Assembly: GCA_001772055.1 (NCBI GenBank)
Contig: MERP01000102.1
Span: 1-55,874 of the forward strand
DNA length: 55,874 bases
Reading direction: 5' to 3'
Origin: Betaproteobacteria bacterium RIFCSPLOWO2_12_FULL_68_19
GTDB taxonomy: Bacteria; Pseudomonadota; Gammaproteobacteria; Burkholderiales; SG8-39
Positions within the stretch are counted from its first letter, which is position 1. Each line of letters begins with the position of its first letter. Under the pieces are notes generated by a model. The model saw only the letters and a program-made list of their open reading frames with translations. It was not told the DNA's origin and did not search any database. The position numbers were made by a program, and so were the translations under genes. This document shows, one piece after another, positions 18,190 to 29,820 of the stretch.

Positions 18190-19509
18190 ATGATCAAGCG
18201 GTTCATCCGGCGGGTCTTCGGGCTGCCCACGAACACCACGGTGCGCGTGCGGCGCGAGAAGCACGGGCTGGCGCGCGACGCCCTCCATCCCGCCGCGGCG
18301 AAAGTCTGCGCGGTGCTGCGCGACGGCGGGTTCTCCGCCTATGTCGTCGGCGGGGCGGTGCGCGACCTGCTGCTCGGCATCGAGCCCAAGGACTTCGACG
18401 TGGCGACCGACGCCCGCCCCGAGCAGGTGAAGCCCCTCTTCCGGCGCGCGCTCATCATCGGCCGCCGCTTCCGGCTGGTGCACGTCATGATGGGAGCCGA
18501 GACCGTCGAGGTGTCGACCTTCCGCGCCGCCGACCCGGAGACCGCGGAGAAGGACGAGCATGGACGGGTGCTGCGCGACAACGTGTTCGGCACCCAGGAG
18601 GAGGACGCGCGGCGGCGCGACTTCACGATCAACGCCCTGTATTTCGATCCCGCCACCGAGGAGGTGGTGGATTTCCACGGCGGCCTCGCGGACCTCAAGA
18701 AGCGCACCTTGCGCATGATCGGCGACCCGCAGACCCGCTACCGCGAGGATCCGGTGCGCATGCTGCGCGCCGTGCGCCTGGCGGGAAAGCTCGGCCTGAC
18801 CATCGACGCCGCCACGCGCGAGCCGATCCGCGCCCTCGCGCCGCTCATCGAGCGCGTTCCGCCGGCGCGGGTGTTCGACGAGATGCTGAAGCTGCTGCTC
18901 TCCGGGCACGCGAGCGCCTGCCTACGCCAGCTGCGCGACGTCGGGCTGCAGAAGGGGCTTCTGCCGCTGCTCGACGTGATCCTCGAGCAGCCCCTGGGCG
19001 AGCGCTTCGTGACGCTGGCGCTGGCGCAGACCGACGAGCGGGTGCTCGCCGAGCGGCCGGTCTCTCCGGCCTTCCTGTTCGCCGCGCTGCTCTGGCACGA
19101 GGTGCTGGCCGCCTGGAAATCGCGCCAGGCGCGCGGCGAGCGGGCCGTCCCGGCGCTCGAGAACGCCATGGACGAGGTGCTCGACACGCAGTGCGCCAAG
19201 CTCGCCATTACCCGCAAGCTCACCGCGACCATGCGCGAGGTGTGGGCGATGCAGCCGCGCTTCGAGATGCGTTCAGGCCAGCGGGCCTATCGCCTGGTGG
19301 AGGCGTCGCGCTTTCGCATGGCTTACGACTTCCTCGCCCTGCGCGCCGCGAGCGGCGAGGTGCCCGCCGAGCTGGAGGCCTGGTGGCGCGCGTTCCAGAG
19401 CGCAGACGCGGAGGCGCGCAAAGCGATGCTGCTGCCCGATACCGGCCCGCGCAAGCGCCGCCGGCGCCGGCGCAGGAAGCGCCCGACCGGGACCGCGGAA
19501 CCTGCGTGA
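18190..19509 (+). CDS. pcnB: poly(A) polymerase I
   Basis: It carries the GGAVRDLLLG...DFDVAT nucleotidyltransferase motif and RRDFTINALY, with a basic C-terminal tail. The start is the internal ATG 18190. Confidence 0.9.
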   Translation: MIKRFIRRVFGLPTNTTVRVRREKHGLARDALHPAAAKVCAVLRDGGFSAYVVGGAVRDLLLGIEPKDFDVATDARPEQVKPLFRRALIIGRRFRLVHVMMGAETVEVSTFRAADPETAEKDEHGRVLRDNVFGTQEEDARRRDFTINALYFDPATEEVVDFHGGLADLKKRTLRMIGDPQTRYREDPVRMLRAVRLAGKLGLTIDAATREPIRALAPLIERVPPARVFDEMLKLLLSGHASACLRQLRDVGLQKGLLPLLDVILEQPLGERFVTLALAQTDERVLAERPVSPAFLFAALLWHEVLAAWKSRQARGERAVPALENAMDEVLDTQCAKLAITRKLTATMREVWAMQPRFEMRSGQRAYRLVEASRFRMAYDFLALRAASGEVPAELEAWWRAFQSADAEARKAMLLPDTGPRKRRRRRRRKRPTGTAEPA

Positions 19510-19980
19510 GCCTCGCCTACGTCGGAATGGGCTCGAACCTGGACGGGCCGCAGCGGCAAGTGACGCAGGCCTTCTCGGAGCTCGACGCCATCCCGCGCAC
19601 CCGCCTGGTGAAGCGCTCCTCGCTGTACCGTTCCGAGCCGATCGGGCATGCCGACCAGCCGGAGTTCGTGAACGCGGTCGCGGCCATCGACACGTCGCTC
19701 GCCCCCGAAGGGCTGCTCGGCGAGCTGCAGGCGATCGAGGCGCGGCATGGACGCCGCCGCGGCCTGCCGAATGCGCCGCGCACCCTCGACCTCGACCTGC
19801 TTCTCTACGAGGACCGGGTCGTCGCGTCGCCGCGACTGACGCTGCCGCATCCCCGCATGCACGAGCGCGCCTTCGTCCTGAGGCCGCTGCTCGAGCTGGC
19901 GCCCGGGATCTCGATCCCGGGCCGCGGGCCGGCCGCGGAGCTGCTTGCCGCATGCGCCGCGCAGCGCGTGGCGAAGTGCG

Positions 19981-19988
<8 letters not shown>
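19506..19988 (+). CDS. folK: 2-amino-4-hydroxy-6-hydroxymethyldihydropteridine diphosphokinase
   Basis: GTG 19506 overlaps the pcnB stop. The sequence reads AYVGMGSNLDGP...LDLDLLLY...PHPRMHERAFVL. The pcnB-folK order is classical. Confidence 0.9.
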
Positions 19989-21646
<1,658 letters not shown>

Positions 21647-21745
21647 GCGCCCCCCGCCGGCCTAATTTACCCGATGTGGCGGTCGGGCAACAAGGCAGTT
21701 CCCATCGGGGAAGCCCTGATTGCGCCCCTCCGGGCGGGGGGCGTT

Positions 21746-21825
21746 AAATGGCCCCGGGAGGCATCGGGCACGGCAGCAGCCGCACCCGGGCCTAGGCGAT
21801 GTGCCCCGCCCAAGGGGCCATTTTT
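21746..21825 (+). promoter_or_regulatory. long imperfect stem-loop in the rpfF leader, followed by a T-run and the rpfF SD
   Basis: AAATGGCCCC (21746-21755) is perfectly complementary to GGGGCCATTT (21814-21823). There is an inner GGGCAC/GTGCCC pair. TTTTT follows, then GGGGAGAAA and ATG 21839. Confidence 0.45.
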
Positions 21826-21838
21826 CGGGGAGAAAGCG

Positions 21839-22780
21839 ATGAGCAACCTGCGCGACGCAGTCGGCCTGTGCGTGCCGTACGGCAAGGCCAATTCGCAATA
21901 CGAAACGGAGTTCGAGCCCGCCACGGGCACGGTGTGGGGGTACTTCAACCCTCGCGGCACGGCCTGCTACAGCCTCGGCCTGCTCAAGGACATCCTTGCC
22001 CACGACCAGGCGCTTGCGGCCAACGGCGCTCGCGTGGACGTCGAGGGCGCGATGCACGAGGTGAACTACTACGTCACGGGGTCGCGCGTACCGCGCGTGT
22101 TCAACCTCGGCGGCGACCTCGCGCTGTTCGTGCTCCTGATCAAGGCGCGCGACCGCGACGCCCTGGCGCACTACGCCAGGCTGTGCATCGACAATATGTA
22201 CCCGCGCACGCAGAATTTCTTCAGCCCGACGCTCACCAAGATCGCCCTGGTGCAAGGCGACGCGCTCGGCGGCGGATTCGAGTGCGCGCTCGCCTCCGAC
22301 CTGATCGTCGCGGAAGAGAGCGCCCAGCTCGGATTCCCGGAGATCCTGTTCAACCTGTTCCCCGGCATGGGGGCCTACAGCCTGCTCGCGCGCCGCATCG
22401 GCATGCGCGCCGCCGAAGAGCTGATTCTCTCGGGCCGGATCCTGCCGGCGGCGAAGCTGCACGAGCTGGGCGTGGTGGACATCCTGGCGAAGGACAGCGA
22501 AGGGCAGACGGCGGTGCGCACTTGGATCGCGACCAACGCCAAGCGCCGTAACGGGATGCAAGCGGCGTTCCGCGCGCGCAAGCACGTTCACCCGGTGACG
22601 CGCGAGGAGCTCGACGCGATCACCAACGTCTGGGTGGACGCGGCCTTCAGGCTCCAGGACCGCGACCTCAAGATGATGGGGCGCATCGTGCGCGCGCAGA
22701 TGCGGCGTACCGAGTTCGGCACCGTGACCGACGTCACCGCCGAGGCGCTGGCGGAGGAACGGCTCGCGGCGGCGGTATGA
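21839..22780 (+). CDS. rpfF: DSF synthase (RpfF-type crotonase/enoyl-CoA hydratase family)
   Basis: Strong by-eye similarity to Xanthomonas RpfF across VFNLGGDLALF, ALVQGDALGGGFECALA, GFPEILFNLFPGMGAYS, WVDAAFRL and RIVRAQ. Both catalytic Glu positions (GGGFE, FPE) are present. Confidence 0.85.
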   Translation: MSNLRDAVGLCVPYGKANSQYETEFEPATGTVWGYFNPRGTACYSLGLLKDILAHDQALAANGARVDVEGAMHEVNYYVTGSRVPRVFNLGGDLALFVLLIKARDRDALAHYARLCIDNMYPRTQNFFSPTLTKIALVQGDALGGGFECALASDLIVAEESAQLGFPEILFNLFPGMGAYSLLARRIGMRAAEELILSGRILPAAKLHELGVVDILAKDSEGQTAVRTWIATNAKRRNGMQAAFRARKHVHPVTREELDAITNVWVDAAFRLQDRDLKMMGRIVRAQMRRTEFGTVTDVTAEALAEERLAAAV

Positions 22781-22789
22781 CGCCGGGCT

Positions 22790-23494
22790 TCACCCCCCGA
22801 TGAGGGACGTGAAGCCGCCTTCCCGGAACATCAGGCCGAACTGGTAGAAGTTGACCCTGGTCGAGTTGATGATGGATTCCTGGGCCGCGCGCTCGTCGAC
22901 CTTCTTGATCAGGAGGTTGAGCTTGGCCAGGTGGTCCACGTCCATGGTGGCGTGGGAGGAAAGGAATTTGAAGCCTCCGCCCTCGACGTCGCGCCCGATC
23001 GCCCGGGCGATGGAGTCGGAGACCCGGCCGGCATAGACGGAGGAAACGACCTCGAGCATATAGAGCATCCCCAGCACGGAGCATGGGTGCACCCGTTCGG
23101 CGCCGTGATAGTTGAACGCGATCATGGCCTGCACCGGGGCGCTAGGCGGATTGGACCTCGCGCCGGCGACATCGCCCCCCACAGCCTCGATGTCCTCGAG
23201 CACCCATGTTTCGTGCCCTTTCTCTTCCTCGATGCGCTCGTACAGCTCGTAGCGCACTTCCCGGTAGCGGTCGTCGCAGCGCGCGGCGGCGGCGGCCATG
23301 ATGGGGCAGAAATGCCACACGATGTGATACAGGTCGTGCAGGAACGCCTGGTACTCGGACAGGCTGAGCCCGTTGTGAATCATGGTGTGCATCTTCGGAA
23401 TCTCTTCCAGGCCCCGTCGTGCCGCGTCGGTCATCTCGACCAGAGTGATGAAGAACGAAACCGGCTTGGACTCCTGGATAAAAACGCTGGACAC
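22790..23494 (-). CDS. heme-oxygenase-like fold 'iron-containing redox enzyme' family protein with a diiron-type ligand pattern
   Basis: The product is helical (LSLSEYQAFLHDLYHIVWHF). The ligand pattern is EEKGH ... MLEVV ... SHATMDVDH. The start is uncertain: GTG 23494 follows AAGGGGGG, and ATG 23434 is the alternative. It lies 28 nt downstream of the rpfC stop on the same strand. Confidence 0.7.
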   Translation of the reverse strand: MSSVFIQESKPVSFFITLVEMTDAARRGLEEIPKMHTMIHNGLSLSEYQAFLHDLYHIVWHFCPIMAAAAARCDDRYREVRYELYERIEEEKGHETWVLEDIEAVGGDVAGARSNPPSAPVQAMIAFNYHGAERVHPCSVLGMLYMLEVVSSVYAGRVSDSIARAIGRDVEGGGFKFLSSHATMDVDHLAKLNLLIKKVDERAAQESIINSTRVNFYQFGLMFREGGFTSLIGG

Positions 23495-23522
23495 GACGCC
23501 CCCCTTGTTGGGGAATTGTAGC

Positions 23523-26060
23523 TCAGCTGCTGCGGCGCTCGACCGAGCGCCGCTCGTGCACGTAGCGCTCGAGTTCGCCGCGCGCCGCGGCGAGCGCATC
23601 GCCGAGCGAGCGCAGCAGCGCGGGCGCCTGCAGCCGCAATTCGGCGTCGGACAATCGGCCAAGATTGCCGCACATCGCGGTCAGCTGGTCGGTTCCTATG
23701 CTCGCCGAGGAGCCCTTCATCGCGTGCAGCAGCGAGCGGAACTCGTGGTAGTTGCGCCCGGCGAGCGCCTGCTCAACGCGGGTAAGCAGCGCGCTGCTGT
23801 CGGCGAGGAATACGCCGACCAGCTTCTCGACGAAGGCCGCCGAGGAGCCGAGCTCCTCGAGGTGCCCGAGCGTCTCGGTATTGACCAGCGGCGTGGCGGC
23901 GGCCTGGCGCGGCGCGCGCGCGGCAGGCTGCGGCTCCTGGCGCCGCTCCTCCTCCGGCCTGACTGCGCTCAGCGCCTGCACCTCTTCGAGCAGCCGCAGC
24001 GCTTCGATCGGCTTGGGCAGGAAGGCATCGAAGCCCGCCTCGAGCGCCTCGCGCCTCGTCTCGGGCGTCACGTCGGCCGAGAGCATCGCCACCGGCAGGC
24101 GCTCGCGTCCCCGGCCGATCAGCCGGATCGCCTGCAGCGTCTCCACGCCGCCCATGCCGGGCATGTTGCGGTCGAGCAGCACCACGTCCGGGCGCTCCTG
24201 CTCTAGCGCGTCGAGCGCCTGCTCGCCGTCGCTCGCCAGGATCACGCTGTGCCCGCCGCGCTCCAGGATCTTGCCGATCACCTCGCGGTTGGTCGGATTG
24301 TCGTCGGCGACCAGCACGCGCAACTTGCGCGCTGCGGCGCCGCGGCGCGCATAGTCCTGCAGCCGCACCACGCCTTCGCGCACCTCGTCGCCGGCGGAGA
24401 CCGAGTGCAGCACGTTGAACAGCAGCCGCTTGTCGAAAGGAAGCTCGAGCACCGCGCCGAAGCCTGCCGAGAGCGCCTCGAAGCGCGGCACGGCGGCCTC
24501 GCGCGGCACCGCCAGCACGCTCGGGGGCGCGGGATCGGGCGCGGCGCGCCGGAAGCGCTGGGCGAGCTTCAGGTCGTCGCCGGTCGCGTAGATGAGCGCG
24601 CTGTGGTAGGGCTTGGCGAGGCTGATCTCCGTGACCAGCCGCGCCACGCCTTCCTCGATGGTAGCGACCGCGATCGGCATCGCTCCCCAGCCGGCGAGCG
24701 CCTGCTCGAGCGGCTCGAGCTGCGCCGGCGGGAAGCCGACCAGCAGCACGCGCGCCTCGGCGAGCTCGCCGCTGCCCGCGCCAGCGCGCTCCGGCTGCTT
24801 CTCAAGGTCGACCTCGACCCAGAACGTGCTGCCCAGCCCGACCGCGCTTTCCAGGCCGATCCTGCCGCCCATCAGGCCGACCAGCTGCTTGGCGATGGTG
24901 GTGCCCAGCCCGGTGCCGCCGAAGCGGCGGGTAGTGGACTGGTCGGCCTGGATGAAGCTCTCGAAGATGCGCGCCTGGGCCTCGGGCGCGATGCCGATGC
25001 CGGTGTCGCGGATGGAGAACTTCAGGCGCACGCCGCTATCGGTTTCCACCTGGGCGGAGACGTGCACCGTAACGGTGCCGCGCTCGGTGAACTTGACCGC
25101 GTTGCCGGCCAGGTTGATCAGGATCTGGCGCAGGTAGTGCGGGTCCCCGCGCACCGCCGGCGGCACCTCCGGCATGATGGAGACGACGAATTCGACTCCC
25201 TTTGCCGCCGCCTGCGCGCCGAGGATGCGGCAGGTGCTGTTCACCAGGGCGTGCAGGTCGAAGTCGGCCTTCTCCAGCACCACCTTGCCGGCCTCGATCT
25301 TGGAGAAGTCGAGTACATCCTCGACCAGGCCGAGCATCACGCGCGAGGAGCTGCGCAGGGTCTGCAGCATGTCCGCCTGCTCGCGCGTGAGAGGCGTATC
25401 GCGCAGCAGGTCGGCCATGCCGATGATCGCGTTGAGCGGCGTGCGCATCTCGTGGCTCACCACCGAGATGAAGCGCCGCTTCGCCTGGTTGGCCGCCTCG
25501 GCGCGCGCCAGCGCGTCGAAGAGCTTGGTCACCAGCGAACGCACGTACAGGCTCAGCGCGATGAAGCCGAACAGCAGGCCTGCGCCGAGGCCGACGTTGG
25601 CGCGCCAGAAATCGTTCTGCCACAGGACCAGCGAGAAGCCGGCGACGCTGAACGCGAGCGAGACCAGCAGGTAGCGCTGCCCGAAACGGAAGCCGTTCGC
25701 CAGCGTCACCCAGACGTAGATCAGGAACAGCGGCGCCGCGCGCTCGCCGAGCAGGCCCATCAGCCCGGTAAGCGTGCCGATGTCCAGCGCGGTGGCGAGG
25801 ACGCGCCGCGCCGGCGACTCGCCCGGAGCGGCAAGGATGTGCGTGAAGATCAGCGCCGCGACCGCGAGATAGGCGGCCATCACCACCACCGTCGGCTCAA
25901 TCTCGCCGGCGGTGGCGCCCATCACCAGGTAAACCAGGATCACCGCGCCGACCACCAGCCGCACGATCGCCTGCTCGTGCTCGGTGTCCGGCCGGGTGTG
26001 CAGCCGCTCCCGGACGCGGCCGAGAAGCGAAGTCACTGCGGGGTCGCCGGGTCGCGCCAT
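23523..26060 (-). CDS. rpfC: RpfC-like hybrid sensor histidine kinase (membrane sensor, HisKA, HATPase, degenerate receiver-like insert, REC, HPt)
   Basis: It has N-terminal TM helices after RPDTEHEQAIVRL and the H-box VVSHEMRTPLN. The G-boxes are DTGIGI and GGTGLGT. The REC reads RVLVADDNPTNR...LLDRNMPGMGG...KPI and the HPt reads HAMKGSSASIG. The start is ATG 26060, or GTG 26036 overlapping the rpfG stop. Confidence 0.85.
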   Translation of the reverse strand: MARPGDPAVTSLLGRVRERLHTRPDTEHEQAIVRLVVGAVILVYLVMGATAGEIEPTVVVMAAYLAVAALIFTHILAAPGESPARRVLATALDIGTLTGLMGLLGERAAPLFLIYVWVTLANGFRFGQRYLLVSLAFSVAGFSLVLWQNDFWRANVGLGAGLLFGFIALSLYVRSLVTKLFDALARAEAANQAKRRFISVVSHEMRTPLNAIIGMADLLRDTPLTREQADMLQTLRSSSRVMLGLVEDVLDFSKIEAGKVVLEKADFDLHALVNSTCRILGAQAAAKGVEFVVSIMPEVPPAVRGDPHYLRQILINLAGNAVKFTERGTVTVHVSAQVETDSGVRLKFSIRDTGIGIAPEAQARIFESFIQADQSTTRRFGGTGLGTTIAKQLVGLMGGRIGLESAVGLGSTFWVEVDLEKQPERAGAGSGELAEARVLLVGFPPAQLEPLEQALAGWGAMPIAVATIEEGVARLVTEISLAKPYHSALIYATGDDLKLAQRFRRAAPDPAPPSVLAVPREAAVPRFEALSAGFGAVLELPFDKRLLFNVLHSVSAGDEVREGVVRLQDYARRGAAARKLRVLVADDNPTNREVIGKILERGGHSVILASDGEQALDALEQERPDVVLLDRNMPGMGGVETLQAIRLIGRGRERLPVAMLSADVTPETRREALEAGFDAFLPKPIEALRLLEEVQALSAVRPEEERRQEPQPAARAPRQAAATPLVNTETLGHLEELGSSAAFVEKLVGVFLADSSALLTRVEQALAGRNYHEFRSLLHAMKGSSASIGTDQLTAMCGNLGRLSDAELRLQAPALLRSLGDALAAARGELERYVHERRSVERRSS

Positions 26061-27121
26061 TCGTTCTGGATCTGGATCACTTCGCTCTTCAGGCTGCCGA
26101 AGGCCTCGGCCAGGCGCGGGTCGAAGTGCTTGCCGGCCTGGGAAGCGACGTACTCGAGCGCCTTCTCGCTCGGCCACGCGGCCTTGTAGGGCCGCACCGA
26201 GGTAAGCGCGTCGTAGACGTCGGCGACGGCGACGATGCGGGCGCACAGCGGGATATGGTCGCCGACCAGCCCGTTGGGGTAGCCCGAGCCGTCGTACTTC
26301 TCGTGGTGGCCGAGCGCGATCAGCGCGCCCATGCGCACGTACTTGGAGGCGCTGCCCTTCAGGATCTCGTGGCCGATCACCGGGTGGCGCTGCATTACCT
26401 GCCATTCCCCGGCATCGAGCTTGTCGGCCTTGAGCAGGATCTGGTCCGGGATGCCGATCTTGCCGATGTCGTGCAGCGGCGCGGCGAGCTCGACGGTCTC
26501 GGCCTCGTCGCGCTCGAGCCCGAGCGCGTTGGCGATGAGGCGCGAGTAGCGCGCCATGCGGATCAGGTGGTAGCCGGTCTCCTCGTCGCGGAACTCGCCC
26601 GCGCGCGCGAGCCTGAGCAGGGTTTCCTTCTCGCGCTCCCTCACTTCGCGCGTCGCGTCCTCGACCATGTGCTCGAGCAGGCGCCGGCGGTCCTCGAGGG
26701 CAAGCTGCTGGCGGCGCAGCGTGAGCAGGTTGCGGCAACGCGCCAGGCACTCGCGCGCGTCGACCGGCTTGGTGAGGAAGTCGGTGATGCCGGCATCGAG
26801 CGCGGCGTAGCGCACCTTGCGGTCGTCGTGCACGGTCACCATGACGATCGGCACGTGCTCGTAGCCCGGCAGCGCGCGCAGGCGCTTCACGAACTCGATG
26901 CCGTCCATGTCCGGCATCATGTAGTCGACCAGCACCAGGTCGCTCACGTGGCGCGTCGCCCACACCACCGCGTCGACCGGGCGCGCGAAGCCCTCGACCG
27001 CGACGCGCTCGTCGAGGCTGCGTACCACCTGTTCAAGGATTGCCCGGCCGGTCGACTGGTCGTCGACCACCATGACCGTGTTGCGCGCCGAAGGCAATAC
27101 CCTCACCTGCGCCTTGGCCAT
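26033..27121 (-). CDS. rpfG: RpfG-like response regulator with an HD-GYP domain (c-di-GMP phosphodiesterase type)
   Basis: The REC reads VMVVDDQ...VLVDYMMPDMDG...TKPV. The HD-GYP part has LHDIGKIGIP and HHEKYDGSGYPNGL. Confidence 0.9.
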   Translation of the reverse strand: MAKAQVRVLPSARNTVMVVDDQSTGRAILEQVVRSLDERVAVEGFARPVDAVVWATRHVSDLVLVDYMMPDMDGIEFVKRLRALPGYEHVPIVMVTVHDDRKVRYAALDAGITDFLTKPVDARECLARCRNLLTLRRQQLALEDRRRLLEHMVEDATREVREREKETLLRLARAGEFRDEETGYHLIRMARYSRLIANALGLERDEAETVELAAPLHDIGKIGIPDQILLKADKLDAGEWQVMQRHPVIGHEILKGSASKYVRMGALIALGHHEKYDGSGYPNGLVGDHIPLCARIVAVADVYDALTSVRPYKAAWPSEKALEYVASQAGKHFDPRLAEAFGSLKSEVIQIQNEWRDPATPQ

Positions 27122-27225
27122 GACCCCCCAGGGTTGCGAATTTAGCCGTCAGAGCCTACGCCCCGGCCCGGACGCTGTCCAGCAAAGGGCGCGCGGCTCA
27201 CGCATTTTTTCACGCCTTTGTCGCT

Positions 27226-27310
27226 TTACGTCCGTGGTGCCGGAAGAGAGACTCGAACTCTCATGGTGTTGCCACCGGCGGATTTTGAGTCCGCTGCGTC
27301 TACCGGTTCC
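27226..27310 (-). tRNA. tRNA-Leu (anticodon CAA)
   Basis: The minus-strand sequence GCCGGAATGGCGGAACCGGTAGACGCAGCGGACTCAAAATCCGCCGGTGGCAACACCATGAGAGTTCGAGTCTCTCTTCCGGCACCA is 85 nt. The acceptor stem pairs GCCGGAA with TTCCGGC. The anticodon loop is CTCAAAA. It has a long variable arm, the T-arm GAGAG-TTCGAGT-CTCTC, and an encoded CCA. Confidence 0.95.
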
Positions 27311-27361
27311 GCCATTCCGGCCGGGGTCTCGCCTGGGGAAGGCGAAATTATAATTCGCGCG

Positions 27362-29445
<2,084 letters not shown>

Positions 29446-29475
29446 TTCGTCGTTTCTCCAGTCCGGAGCTTGGCA

Positions 29476-29799
29476 GTGATCATCTCCCCCGCCTACGCGC
29501 AGGCCGCCCCCGCCGGCGACCCGGGATTCATCGGCTTCCTGCCGATCGTCCTGATGTTCGTGCTGCTGTACTTCCTGATGATCCGCCCGCAGATGAAGCG
29601 CGCCAAGGAGCACAAGCAGATGGTCGAGGCGCTGCAGAAGGGCGACGAGGTGATCACCACCGGCGGCGTGCTGGGGCGCATCACCAAGATGGGCGACGCC
29701 TACGTCAGCCTCGAGATCGCGCCCAACACCGAGATCAGCGTGCAGCGCGCCTCGGTGCAGACGCTGCTGCCCAAGGGCACCCTGAAAAGCCTCCAATAG
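29476..29799 (+). CDS. yajC: preprotein translocase subunit YajC
   Basis: It reads ...LMFVLLYFLMIRPQMKRAKEHKQM...GDEVITTGGVLGRITK. GTG 29476 sits 7 nt after GGAG. The alternative TTG 29470 is the ORF-track start. Confidence 0.9.
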   Translation: MIISPAYAQAAPAGDPGFIGFLPIVLMFVLLYFLMIRPQMKRAKEHKQMVEALQKGDEVITTGGVLGRITKMGDAYVSLEIAPNTEISVQRASVQTLLPKGTLKSLQ

Positions 29800-29820
29800 T
29801 GGGCCGCACCTAGCGCCCCG

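Noticed and set aside
27218-27361. An N-terminal extension of the queA ORF in the ORF track (start 27218).
   Set aside because: This part of the frame runs through the complementary-strand tRNA-Leu gene. The conserved QueA N-terminus (VRVSEFDYELP) begins at GTG 27362.
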